The position numbers were made by a program, and so were the translations under genes. Positions 12,658 to 24,032 of a DNA stretch of 64,000 nt are shown in pieces. The stretch is from NCBI GenBank assembly GCA_001724245.1, contig MEDX01000019.1, positions 1-64,000 of the forward strand, written 5' to 3'. Source of the DNA: Fonticula-like sp. SCN 57-25. Taxonomy: Eukaryota. Under the pieces are notes generated by a model. The model was not told where the DNA came from. It searched no databases and was given only the letters and a program-made list of their open reading frames with translations. How positions within the stretch are numbered: position 1 is the stretch's first letter; each line of letters starts with the position of its first letter.

Positions 12658-14064
12658 ATGACGGACGCGGGGGCTGCGTGGCCGGCATCGGTGTGGCTGC
12701 ACATTGCGTCGTACCTGACGGACCCGCATGACCTCCTCTCTCTCTGCGCGACGAACCGCCGCCTTCGGCGGCTCGCGTCGTCCGCGCCGCTGTGGCGCGC
12801 CATGTGCGATCGCGCGTGGCCCGAGTGGACCGCCGCGCAGGTCGACGTACTCGACACGCGTACCTTCAACTGGAAGTTCGCCTTTGCGCGGCAGTGCAAG
12901 CTGCTTCAGCGCGCGCAGCGCCCCAAGCATCTCCCCCGCGGCCCGCGCGCGCTGAGTGACAAGGAGCGGTGCTCGCGATGCCGCCGCCCAACCGTCGCGT
13001 GCTTTTGCGCATCCCTCCCCGCCGAGCCCATCGACAACAGCGCATGCCCGGTGTTGATCCTGCAGGACACTAAGACGCAGGTGTCGATCGGCACCGTGCA
13101 AATCCTTCAGCTCGCGCTCACCCACTGCACGGTCATCAACGACAGGGATTTTGGCGAGGGCGTTCACCCAGAGCTCGATGCAGTGCTGGCGTCCGGCAGC
13201 GCCTACCTGCTGTTCCCCTCCATCTCGGCGAGGCCAGTCAAGGACTGCCACCTCGAAAGGGCAATGCAGCTCGCCAGTGTAAAGGAAAACGGAACAACAC
13301 CGCCGCCGCCAATTACCCTCATCGGTACGCCATTGGTGGCAAGGGAAGGGTTGGAATTTTTTTTGTATGGTATGGTATGGCGTGATATGCTGTGATATGA
13401 AATATTACTATTCTCTAGTTAATCAACATGTATAGGTATATTTATTGTATCTATTCGTGTATATAATGTATGTTTTCTGCATGTTTATGTATAGAAATTC
13501 CCAGTTCCCTTTACTTACTTCATCTTCCACTTCAGCGATTGACGGAAGCTGGCGCACCGCCAAGGCCATCTACCGCTGGAACCCCCGCCTCGCCCTCCAC
13601 ACACTTCCTGTCCAGATCACCGACACGGAGGCAAGCGTGTTCGGAGAGATTAAGAGGGAGCCAAAGGAACATTTCTTGTCGACAATGGAGGCGGTCGCAA
13701 AGGCACTTGGCGGGCTTTTGACGGGAGACGAAAACTCAATTTTGCCGGTACGATAATTAATTCATAATGTGTTTTGGATACAAATTGTGTGTTATGTAAT
13801 GTATTTTTGATAGGAATTACGTGTTTTTGATAAGAGAAATTTTTGTTATAGATAAGGAAAGTGTATGTTTAGATATGATTTCTTTGGTTTTAGATATGCA
13901 AAGTGTTTGTTTTAGATATAGTTTCTTGCTTTTATTTATGAATTATGGCTCACAATTGTGCTTAGAGTTTGTTGCCTGCGCTGAGGCATATTGTCACGCT
14001 GCAGCTCGAGTTTGCCAAGGCGGGAAATGAAAGGCGAGAGGAGCGCGCAAGGCAGGCGGAATGA
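12658..14064 (+). CDS. F-box + DTW-domain (tRNA-uridine aminocarboxypropyltransferase, DTWD2/TapT-like) fusion; 3 exons
   Basis: F-box [46 protein letters not shown] elements RCSRCRRPTVACFC, AYLLFPS, IDGSWRTAKAIY, LSTMEAVAKAL. Exons 12658-13324, 13536-13747, 13966-14064 join in frame. Confidence 0.82.
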
Positions 14065-14293
14065 GTTTTTAAGCATAAATTGTGTACATGAACATTTTTG
14101 TATAACAAATCAATAATGAATCCACATGATAAATATTGAAAATAGGGCATGATAATGATGATATATGACATTTTTGTATCATTTATTGATTCCAAATAGG
14201 AACATCACTAGTGCATAAACACACAATCAATATTATAGACACATTTTCGTCCTTTCAAAACTATACTATTCACATCTTCTTCTGCAATTCACC

Positions 14294-17090
14294 TCAAATA
14301 GGCCTGACATTGAGCGGCTCCTCCTCATTGGTCGTATCTCCCAACGTCACGTGCACCTTCTGCCCATCATGCAGCGTTCCCGCCACAATGTCCCTCGAAA
14401 GCGGCCGCATAAGTGCCTTGGCAATAAGCCTATTCAGTGGCCTAGCACCATATGCAGGATCATATCCCTCCTATAAAACAAATAAAGTCAGTATTTAAAT
14501 ATGAATAAAGTAATAAGAAATGTACCTTTGCGAGCCATTCTTTGACGGCGTCCTCAACGTCCATCTTGATATGGTGTTGGTCGAGCATGCGCTGGGCGTC
14601 GGCGAGGCGGACGTCGACAATGTCGCGGAGCGTTTCAGGGGCAAGGCGGTTAAACACAACAAGCTGTAAAGAGAAATGTTGTTAGTGGAACTGAAATAGA
14701 GACAAAAGGGGAATAAACTGATATGAAAATGACATAAAAATGATATGAAAATGACATGAAATGCATCAAAAAGTGTCATAAAAAGACATTAAAAACATCA
14801 CAAAACATAAAAATGATCACAAAGGAGCCAAAAACTTCGCCAAAAACTTCATTTTCACTTCCCGTTCACCCCCTCATAACCATCCCAACACGTACCTCAT
14901 CGATTCTGTTGACGAATTCCGGCGCAAACTGCGACCTCAAATGCCCCAACACTCTCTCCTGCACCTGCTCAATCGGCGCCCCACTCGCAAACTCCTGCGC
15001 CCCCAAATTCGACGTCATAATAATAATCGTATTCTTAAAGTTGACCTTTACCCCCTGACTGTCCGTCAAGTGACCATCCTCAAGCACTTGCAGCAGCAAA
15101 TTCGCCACTTCCCTGTGCGCCTTTTCAAACTCATCCAGCAGTACAATCGAATATGGCTTGCGTCTCACTGCCTCTGTCAGCATGCCGCCCTCTTCGTAGC
15201 CAACGTAGCCGGGCGGTGCGCCAATAAGGCGGCTAACAGAGTGGCGCTCCATGTACTCGGACATGTCAATGCGAATCATGGCGTTTTCAGTGTCAAACAT
15301 GTACTGGGCAAGGGCCTTGCAGAGCTCGGTTTTGCCGACGCCGGTGGGGCCCATGAAGAGGAACGAGGCGATGGGGCGGTTGGGGTGGCTCAGGCCGGCG
15401 CGGGAGAGGCGGATGGCATTGGCGATGGAGGCAATGGCGCTCGATTGGCCTTTGACGCGCGAGGAAAGGTTGGATTCAATCGTGAGCAGTTTTTCGCGTT
15501 CGCCCTTGAGAAGTTGCTGAAAATGGGGAAAATGGGTCAGTAAAAAGATGAAAGGGTAAAGAAAAGTGGCAAAAGTACAGCAAAAAGTGCACAAAATCAC
15601 ACAAAATCACTTGAAAACAAGCCGGAATGCATCATAAAGTATCAAAATGCACACAAAATACACACAAAAACCCAAAATCAACATGTACGTACGTGAACAG
15701 GAACGCCCGTTGCGCGCGCAATCACCCTTGCGATATCATTTGACGTGACGCAATCACTGAGCATTGTCTCCTTTGTCGGGTCCGCATCATCATTCGCCAT
15801 CGGAATCTCCCTCTCGAGCCCCGGAATCACGCCATACCTCAACTCTCCCGCCCTTCCCAAATTTCCCTCGCGCTGCGCCTTTTCCAGCTCCGTCCTCGCC
15901 TTCTCGAGCCTCGACTGAACCGTCTTTATCTTTTCGAGCCTCTCCTTCTCCTCCTGCCAGCGCTCCGTGAGCTTCTTGGACTCTTCTTGCTTGTCCTCAA
16001 GCTCCTTCTTTGCAGCCTTGCACCTCGCACGTGACTCGCTGTCCTTTTCCTTGCTCAGTGCTTCGAGCTCAATCTTGAGCGTGATGATTTGGCGGTCGAG
16101 GTTTTCAATGACTTCGGGCTTGCTTTCCTGCTGCATGCGGAGGCGAGAAGCGGCCTCGTCGACGAGGTCGATTGCCTTGTCGGGGAGGAAGCGGCCGGTG
16201 ATGTAGCGGTTGGAGCCGACGGCGGCGGCGATCAGGGCGCTGTCAGAGATGCGCACGCCGTGGTGGACCTCGTACTTGTGCTTGAGGCCGCGGAGGACAG
16301 AGATCGTGTCCTCGACGGAAGGTTCGTTGACTGTGACGGGCTGGAAGCGGCGCGCGAGAGCAGCGTCTTTTTCAATGTACTTGCGGTACTCGGCGGTTGT
16401 GGTGGCGCCGCAGCAGCGGAGGGTGCCGCGGGCGAGGGCCGGCTTGAGCAGGTTCGAGGCGTCCATCGCGCCCTGGCCGGTCGAGCCAAGGCCGAGAAGC
16501 ATGTGAATCTCGTCAATAAAGAGAATGACGTTGCCGTTGCTGTCCTCGACGTCCTTGAGGACGGCCTTGAAGCGCTCCTCGAATTCGCCGCGGTACTTGC
16601 TGCCGGCGACGAGGGCGCCGAGATCGAGCGCCATCACCTTCTTCTTCTTGACGGAATCGGGGACATCATCGTTGATAATGCGCACAGCGAGGCCCTCGGC
16701 GATGGCCGTCTTGCCGACACCGGGAGCGCCGATCAGGATCGGATTGTTCTTGGTGCGCCGGGAGAGAACCTGGATCGTGCGGCGGATCTCTTCCTCGCGG
16801 CCAATCACGGGATCGAGCTTGCCTTCCTGCGCAAGCTGCGTCAGGTCGGTAGAAAACTGCTTCAGGGCCTGGCCTTTGGCATAGCCCTGCTCGCCTTGAT
16901 TCATCTGAAAGCCGCCAGGGCCCATGGCGTACGAGCGCGCAGGGGCATGCCGGCCGACATCCACCACAGAAGGAATCACGCGGGCGAGGGCCGCCGCCGG
17001 ACGAGCGGGCGCGCTCGAGGCGACGGCGGCGCGCGAAAAGTGGCGAAGGGAAGAAACTGTTAGTGCCCTGCGGGCTACTGACGTGAGCAT
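14294..17090 (-). CDS. HSP78: Mitochondrial ClpB/Hsp78-type AAA+ disaggregase; 4 exons
   Basis: Presequence with no Clp N-domain, [26 protein letters not shown], coiled-coil middle domain, [17 protein letters not shown], and last exon [13 protein letters not shown]. Confidence 0.92.
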
Positions 17091-17484
17091 CGCGAAAACG
17101 GTCCGAAAGCCGAGGGATCCCGGCTTTATGTACGTCAGCCCTTCCGAATCTTCGACGATCTTCGAAAATCACAATGTCTTCACATCTGAGTCTGGGGTGG
17201 ATTGTGTATGAAAAGGTCCACGAATAGTGGGAAACATGGAACGCGTAAGGTACTAGGCAGAAAGCAGAAGAGCAGCCGACAATTTCCTGCCTATTTACTG
17301 CATAGCCTTCTTGCCTACGTGTCCGCAATGTCGCCCGCAAGCAGCTAGCCCACCCCGATGGTCACAATCCTGTGACACGGATGTGCTCATCGGGCTGACC
17401 GACCAATCACAACTCGCCACTATTGCTGTCACGTTTTTTACCCGATTCTTGTTTTTACGCAACGCTTGGGCGGGGGAGACGACG

Positions 17485-18240
17485 ATGGGAAAAAAATCAC
17501 GGAAGAAGGCGAGCGGGAAGGCAGCGCTACCTGTACGATCCTTCTTTGCGTGTTTTTGTTTTCTAACAACCTTTAAGGTGCAGAATCAGCATGTTTTTAA
17601 CGTCAACTTTTCCATCACTCCAGTTGTTTCTCATACCTTCACATTGAAATTGATGGGAGATTTCGACGCCGAAATGAAGTTCCATGGTTCCAAGGACCGG
17701 TATATGGACAAGTGTTCCGATTTTTTGAAACCTTTTATGAGCGCGCCGTTTCGAGTGACAGATGTTGGCAGGGGCAGCATCTATGTGCAAGCAGAAACGT
17801 TGCAGCCGCCTCTCATAACTCGCCACGACGTACTAAAAATGGTTGAAAATGATGTCGCCGTAATAGGATACGCGGAAGCACCCCTGGGTGCTGTTTTGAA
17901 TGATGTTGTTCCTTGTCTGAGTATCGACGAATTGAAGGAGTGTATGCGCCAATTAACTATGCCAGAGAAGGGTACCTTGCCGAGCCCCGTCAGTCCTGCT
18001 GCCAAAGGTCTGCCTTCGAATGAAAGTCCCGCCCCCGTGAACACCCCACCAAACGCCCCCCTCGGTGAGGTGGCGGGTGAGCAGGAGGAGGACATTTCTA
18101 GTGACGTGGACGATGACGACTCTTTCATTGGACAAATGTCCCGGCGGGCACGGAAACCGACCAAGGATGACCTTATGGCACTAGCCATTAGGATGGGCGA
18201 TCAGAAGCTCGTGGATTATTTGAGAAAGAATGATATTTAA
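17485..18240 (+). CDS. Hypothetical protein; probable 45-nt intron 17533-17577
   Basis: Long ORF with a GTACGA...CTAAC...AAG intron, CCAAT upstream and AATAAA downstream. Codon usage is less GC-biased than neighbours. No confident family. Confidence 0.6.
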   Translation: MGKKSRKKASGKAALPVRSFFACFCFLTTFKVQNQHVFNVNFSITPVVSHTFTLKLMGDFDAEMKFHGSKDRYMDKCSDFLKPFMSAPFRVTDVGRGSIYVQAETLQPPLITRHDVLKMVENDVAVIGYAEAPLGAVLNDVVPCLSIDELKECMRQLTMPEKGTLPSPVSPAAKGLPSNESPAPVNTPPNAPLGEVAGEQEEDISSDVDDDDSFIGQMSRRARKPTKDDLMALAIRMGDQKLVDYLRKNDI

Positions 18241-18444
18241 GTTGCTTGAAAATGAATGTAAAATAAATTGCTTGAGGGATGTTATGTGTGTGTATATATG
18301 TATATATATTTTTTTACTCAATAGTCATACAATGCAGTATTGAAAGTCACACTGTAACTCCACAACTATTTTGATAAGTATGCTCATCCATCGTAAAGCC
18401 AAACCCTATCTGCGCGCACGGTATCGAAGCGCTTAGAGAATGCT

Positions 18445-19407
18445 TTAGGGGCGTAAGGCATGAAACTTGCGCATTACAGAAGCGGGAAACCCCAATTTCA
18501 CAACTTCTTCTGGAGGCTGCTCGGAAGTGCACCACAACTTCTTTGTATTCTTGTTGAAGCATTTACCGGATGCCACACTATACGAAACTTCCACTGCGCA
18601 TTCCCCGTTGGAATTGAACTTGCGAAACTCCAATTTCGCCGGCGGTTTCTTGCACGCCTCTTTATGACCTTGATCCATCCTGAATGTTTCTAATTGGTAG
18701 ATATATGGTTTCTCGTAGGCGCCCCCTTCGTAAAACGGCTCGCGTCGCGCTTTCTTGGAATCTGAAGGCACCCAACGCCGAATTTCAAAGCGATCGTAAG
18801 TGTAATCCGAGCACTTTTTGTAGATGCAAAAATCGTAATATCCTGTCTTGGTATAACTCTTTCCTTCTTGCGGATTCCTTAAACGGGTCTGCCGGGCCAG
18901 AAAAGGCAGCGGAAAGTGCAGACCAACATCAAGCAGTAGAGTACCCCTATCTCCTTTAGCGTGTTCCCAAGAGAGAACAAGTGCAATATGAAAGTCGTTG
19001 GCTTCGCTCGCGGCCAGCACAAAGCTTGCAGCGAGACCCAACTCACTGTAAAGGCGATGCTGTAGAAGACAAGAGAGTCCGAGGCAGTCAAAACCAAATG
19101 CCTGCTTCTCACAATCTGTAACAAATTTAAAAATATCGTTCTCCATCGACTTTGAGGGAGCAAAGTGGTCAAGAAATCGTTCGGACAACTCGGCCGCCTG
19201 CAGGGTCGAATAGGGGATGTCCTTAAGGACGGCACGGTACACTGGCAACACCAACGCGTACAATTCGTCCCCTGGAATGTCATAAAGAAAGCATTCTGTC
19301 TCCGAATCGAACCTCATGTCGTGTTTCATCACGGCTGGAGTATCGTCGGGCGGAGCCCTCTCGGGCGGCGCCTCCATGGTCACTGCAGGCTTCGCGCCCA
19401 GCGTCAT
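18445..19407 (-). CDS. Arylamine N-acetyltransferase/transglutaminase-like (Cys-His-Asp) protein; intronless (start 19407 or 19377)
   Basis: FGFDCLGLSCLLQHRLYSELGL ... FHIALVL ... LLLDVGL resembles NAT-family GGxCxxLN...LGF ... HxxLxV ... YLVDVG. The upstream part of ORF 18445..19785 overlaps the next gene and is probably non-coding. Confidence 0.6.
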   Translation of the reverse strand: MTLGAKPAVTMEAPPERAPPDDTPAVMKHDMRFDSETECFLYDIPGDELYALVLPVYRAVLKDIPYSTLQAAELSERFLDHFAPSKSMENDIFKFVTDCEKQAFGFDCLGLSCLLQHRLYSELGLAASFVLAASEANDFHIALVLSWEHAKGDRGTLLLDVGLHFPLPFLARQTRLRNPQEGKSYTKTGYYDFCIYKKCSDYTYDRFEIRRWVPSDSKKARREPFYEGGAYEKPYIYQLETFRMDQGHKEACKKPPAKLEFRKFNSNGECAVEVSYSVASGKCFNKNTKKLWCTSEQPPEEVVKLGFPASVMRKFHALRP

Positions 19408-19641
19408 CCTCCCACAACTTTGTGACAGGATTGCAGGCAACCTTGTGACCGGCCTGTTGTTTGTCAACAGCTGATTGGTCTGTTTCAACCCGACCGTGTG
19501 ACACAGTTCTGTCCGCACCTGTTTCGCACGCCTGGCCCGCGGTGATCCCCCGCCCCTCTCTTTGACCGCCCCTTCGCCGCCCTGTACAGGATAGATATGC
19601 GCATGCTCTCTGCGTAGAGCGAAACGCCATTTATATATCAC

Positions 19642-20790
19642 ATGTTTGACGATTCCGGGAGCGATGACTCGCTCCATCGGAGTCTCCATGTGACGCTTGC
19701 CGTCCTGTACGGCCTTTTGCTGTGCATCATTGTCTTTCAGCTCGGCCGCATCTTTGTGAACCATCACCGCCTTGCGAGCTTTCAATTTGCCTTTCTCGCG
19801 CTGTGTTTCTGCTGGATGGTCCTTCGCGAGTCCCTTGTCCTTTTAGTCCTTGTGCGCGAGGGTGATGCCGAGAGCCTCCCCGTCAAGAGCCTCCTCCCGC
19901 TGCTGCTCTTCCCGCTCAATCTCCAGATCGCGACCTACTCGCTTCTCGTCACCTTTTACGCGCACGTGGTACACCGCGCGCGCTGGGAAGACTATTACAA
20001 GCGGCGCGTATTCGGCACGTGGGCCGCCTCCAACATCTTTTTCCTCGTGTTCAGCATCGTCTGGCTGGCGCTCGTGCTGGGCAATCCTTCCGAATCGCTG
20101 CCGAGCAACGGCGGCCTCGCGCTCGTGATGCGCTTTTTGGTCCCCGCCATCGCCTTTTGCGTTCTTGTCGTGCTCCTTTCCTACTATGGCTACAAGCTTC
20201 GCAAGACGCTTCTGCATCATCCCGTCGCCCTTGTCCCGCTGCGCGCCAATGGCCTTTCCGTCAACAGCATCACCTTCATCACCGTGCTTCTCTGCATTGT
20301 CTTTTCGTGCCGCGCCATTTACTGCGCCGTCATGGCCTACGAGTCGTTCTACTACGACTACCCCGCCGGCGAGCAGCCCGTCTTTGGCTTCATCTCGCTG
20401 TTCGTCTCGGACATCACCCCGACGTTTGCGATCCTCTACTTTTTCCGCCACATTCCCCGCGAGAGCGGCGCCGCCTTTGACGGCACCAACAGCAGGCTGC
20501 TCCCGCCCGCTTTCCAGCAAAACGTCAACGGCGGGATCTCATCGCCGAGCGGCGCGCTCGGCAAGCGAAACGTCGTCGGGGTCGACTCGTCGGTCAACTA
20601 CTTTGGGTCGTCCGACATGTTTTCCGACGACGAAGACGAAGACATGGGCGACGAAGAAGACGCCGTTTTATACGCCGACGAGTCGTTCACGCCGATTCTC
20701 ACGACGCAGCAGATCATCGCGTCAATGCCGAGGGCGTCGACGACGGTAGGGAGCGGGCAGGCGTACGGGGTAGCGCCATTTGATAAATAG
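19642..20790 (+). CDS. GPR137/TOM1-THH1 (DUF1084)-like 7-TM membrane protein; intronless
   Basis: Seven hydrophobic segments; SFQFAFLALCFCWMVLR, FPLNLQIATYSLL and DITPTFAILYFFR match GPR137-family motifs; acidic tail. Confidence 0.78.
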   Translation: MFDDSGSDDSLHRSLHVTLAVLYGLLLCIIVFQLGRIFVNHHRLASFQFAFLALCFCWMVLRESLVLLVLVREGDAESLPVKSLLPLLLFPLNLQIATYSLLVTFYAHVVHRARWEDYYKRRVFGTWAASNIFFLVFSIVWLALVLGNPSESLPSNGGLALVMRFLVPAIAFCVLVVLLSYYGYKLRKTLLHHPVALVPLRANGLSVNSITFITVLLCIVFSCRAIYCAVMAYESFYYDYPAGEQPVFGFISLFVSDITPTFAILYFFRHIPRESGAAFDGTNSRLLPPAFQQNVNGGISSPSGALGKRNVVGVDSSVNYFGSSDMFSDDEDEDMGDEEDAVLYADESFTPILTTQQIIASMPRASTTVGSGQAYGVAPFDK

Positions 20791-21122
20791 AGTTGATTTG
20801 TGGGATTTGTTGTCCGTTATTGTGCGCGTGGGCCACGTGGTCTGTGTGCGCCAGTTTTGCCTTTATTCATTTGTGGTTGGTTCCCTTTCAGTAGATGTGT
20901 TTCCCATTAAGCATTGTAATCACATTCGTATGATACTATAGATTTATAATATAAACAGTGGGAAACGGCCATTTATGGAGTATGATATTTTTACATGCAA
21001 TTGGTAACACTTTTCATGCTCTGCACACCAATTTTTATCACTTTTCTGCCACTTTTCTGCCATTTTCCATCACTTCCACGCCACTTTCCATCACTTTATT
21101 GTACAACCTAATCATAAATTCG

Positions 21123-23063
21123 TCACCTTGGCTTACTCTGCTGCGCCATCAACGTCGTCCTCACCGCATTCTGAATCCTCGTAAAATCACTCAACGTCCC
21201 CTTTCTCGCCGCCGCCACCATCCGCCCAAGCTCTTCCCCGGCATCGCCATTAAACACTTTCGGGAAAAAAACAAACGATAAAAGTTCATTTACGCTTTTT
21301 TGGAGCGCCGCGTGCGCGTTTTGGGCGGCCAATTTGTCGCGTTCGGCGCGCGCGGCGGCCGATTTGGCTTCGTCGAGTTGGCGTTGAAGGGCGGCGGTGG
21401 AGGCGGAAAGGGCGGCGGCGGTGGATTTGTGGCGGTCGGCTTCGTCGCGGAGGAGGGAGGCGTCGCGTTCCCACGCGGCGAGGCGGTGTTGGGCGTCGTC
21501 GCGGGCGGAGGAAGCTGATTGGGCGTTAGAAATGGGTGGCCAATCAGGAAGAATAGTTTGAAAATGACACAAAAGTGACCAAAAAATACGAAAGTACGAA
21601 AGAAAAACCACAAACGTAATCAATAAAGTGACAAAAAGGTACGATAAAATAACAAAAAGTGCGACAAAAGTGACCATAAATGTGTCCATTTACGATAAAA
21701 AGTGACCAATAACGTACCTGAATCAAAGAGGATGCGCATCTCGGCAAAGAGCGCCTCCAGGTCGCGCGTCGGCTGCCTCGACAACGTCGGCTGCGATTGA
21801 CTGCAAAATACGTTAAAAACAAGCAAAATAGATATAAAAATGCGTACTTGGCGACGATATTTGCGTCAAGAGGATTTGTTCGAACTGCCACGACGCGATT
21901 CGCATTCACAATTTCCTTTCTCTTTTCCTTTTCCTTTTCCTTCTTCTTCTCTTTCTCCTTTTCCTTTTCCTTTTCCGTCTCTGGCTCCTTTCTCTTGTCC
22001 TTTTCCGTATCAATCTCCTTCCTCTTCTCCTTGTCCATGTCCGGCTCCTTTTCCTTTTTCTTCTCCTTCTTTTCCTTCTTCTCTCTTTCCCTTTCCTTTT
22101 CCTTTTCTTTTTCTTTTTCTTTTTCTTTTTCCTTGCCGCGCAGCCCATCGTCATCGATCAAAATCACCGAGCTCTCGCCGCTCTCGACCGCGCCAATCTG
22201 CTTCTCCTGCTGAGGCGCCCCAAGCGGCATCGGCGCACTTCTAATGGCCATCATTGGCTTGTGCGGCGGCGGCGGAACGACCGCCTTGCGCGGCAACGGC
22301 GCAGCCTGAAGTTCGACGGCGTAAAAGACGCTGGCGGTGGCGTCAGAGGAGGAAGAAGTGCGGTCAAGCTTGGCCGCCTTGGAGGGACGATCGGCGCCGC
22401 CGTCCTCGAGCGCGCGCTTTGACGGCATGGCAAGGTGGGCGCTACAGTGTGCGTAAAAGTTTTGCCGCGTGGCGGCGGTGTCGCCGGGCGCGTTCGAGAG
22501 GCTGTTGATGCGGCGCGCACAGGATGCGTGGATGGAGGAATCGCAGTTGGAGACGGCGCAGCGGATCATCGTGCCTTCGGCGCGCTGACAAACGCCGCAG
22601 CGCTAAAATGCACAGTCAGCGAATGAAAGGGGAAAAGGCGGACGTACGGATGCGGGGAGTGGTGAGGCGGCGCCGGCGATCCGCGAGGGATCGTAGAGCA
22701 TACAGACGCAGTGGGCGAGGCCAGGCATCGTGTTGCAAAAGGCGTAGGGGCCTTTGCTGCCGTTGCACTTGACGCAGGTGATGGTGCGTGTGTCCTTGTT
22801 GGCGGAGCACGCGTCGCATTTTGATGCGCTGCTCTTGAGGAATATTGTCATGCACGCTAAGGGCACGTGAGCGTTCCATGGGAGGGACAAAAAGATCGTA
22901 CCATAGTGAATTGAAACGCCGCACGTTCCCTCTGCAAAAAAATCAGGCTGAGTTATTCGTAACATGATATAGTGTACGTACTGCATCGCACGGGCCGCGC
23001 GCCGCTCGCTGAGACGACTTGCAAGCATACATCGCACGCGTCATCGCCGCCGCCGTCGCCCAT
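21123..23063 (-). CDS. PZP (PHD-Zn knuckle-PHD)-like chromatin protein with K/E low-complexity tract and coiled coil; multi-exon
   Basis: Splicing gives MGDGGGDDACDVC...RCKGTCGVSIHYACM...KCDAC (PHD), then CVKC...AHCVC and MIRCAVSNCDSSIHASCA...HCSAH (extended PHD as in AF10/JADE/BRPF). Confidence 0.75.
21915..22135 (-). repeat. Low-complexity coding tract (KEKEKE...), polypyrimidine on + strand
   Basis: Long ttcctt/ttcttt run encoding GKEKEKEKEKEKEKEREREKKEKKEKKKEKE. Confidence 0.85.
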
Positions 23064-23149
23064 GATGTTGGCACACAACGTTGATCAAGTCTGATTGGTT
23101 CGAGCGTTTGGCGCCAAATAACCACGTGGCCGTTGTTGAATGGAGTGCA

Positions 23150-23794
23150 ATGTCGGCGGGGAGCAGGGACGCGCTGCTGCAATGGCGGGCAAAGATGACG
23201 AGCTGCGATGAGCTGGCGTTCGTCGGTGATGCCGACGGAGGGTGGATAGCGGACGAGGCAATGCCCGACTTTGATGTCGACGATGTAATGTCGGACGACG
23301 AGGAACCCGATGCTGCTGTGCCCGATGTTGTGATGGTGGCGCCGTCGACCCACAGTGATCTCCTCTCGAGCGAAGTGTTTGTCGATCTTCCTGCTGATCT
23401 CGACGTGTCAATTTCACTGGACGAGGTTTCTTTTATCGGCGAGTCCAGCGGCGGCCTTCCGTTCCTTTCCGAAGAGCCGCCGCCATTCGCGAGCTCGCCT
23501 CCAAAGCATGCCGACGCGGGATCCCGCCTTGTACTCCTGACGGAATATATCGCGCCACCCGAGCAGCCCGACTCGCCATTCGAGTCAGTGGAGCGGCCAG
23601 AATCACTGGACGCGTCAATTGAACTCGACCCCCTTTTAGATTCAATTAGCGAAGCAGACAACGCTGATGCCGGTGAAGACTACGAGGCGCTGGACGCGCT
23701 GATCCGCCGCATGATGACATGCGCCCCCGCATCGTCATTAGAAGACCGCTTTGACCGGCGATTCATGCTCCACCGAGCTCAACTCTGCGTGTAA
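23150..23794 (+). CDS. Hypothetical acidic, probably disordered protein; intronless
   Basis: ORF 23081..23794 with first ATG at 23150; very D/E/S/P-rich; divergent from the PZP gene across an E-box and CCAAT. Confidence 0.55.
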   Translation: MSAGSRDALLQWRAKMTSCDELAFVGDADGGWIADEAMPDFDVDDVMSDDEEPDAAVPDVVMVAPSTHSDLLSSEVFVDLPADLDVSISLDEVSFIGESSGGLPFLSEEPPPFASSPPKHADAGSRLVLLTEYIAPPEQPDSPFESVERPESLDASIELDPLLDSISEADNADAGEDYEALDALIRRMMTCAPASSLEDRFDRRFMLHRAQLCV

Positions 23795-24032
23795 CACCAC
23801 TCATGTACCATTCCCATGCATTCAATGAACCTTTTTGCCATATTCAATTTGGGATCACGCCATCATCGACTGGATGCACAAACTCAATATGTTATGCTTA
23901 CTATAAATTATATTATTCATCAAGAAAATATGTCTCGTTCCTGTGAAATTGAGCGTTCCACTCTGCCAATCAACGAAAAAAAGCATTGCTCCTCAACTAT
24001 GGCCATATCTGATATGAAAAAAAAAAATCCGC

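Noticed and set aside
12574-13251. N-terminal extension of the 564-aa RRS1 ORF
   Set aside because: It is the antisense of the F-box-DTW exon; RRS1 similarity starts at 12573.
13325-15680. AT-rich stretches as possible foreign or mobile DNA
   Set aside because: They are bounded by GT...AG and restore reading frames, so they are introns and UTRs; no terminal repeats or transposase.
19408-19785. Apparent overlap of the NAT-like ORF with the GPR137-like gene
   Set aside because: The extension is motif-free and contains promoter-like elements; a start at 19407 or 19377 is more plausible.
21797-22244. Phe/Ser-rich ORFs on the + strand
   Set aside because: Antisense of the KE-rich tract.
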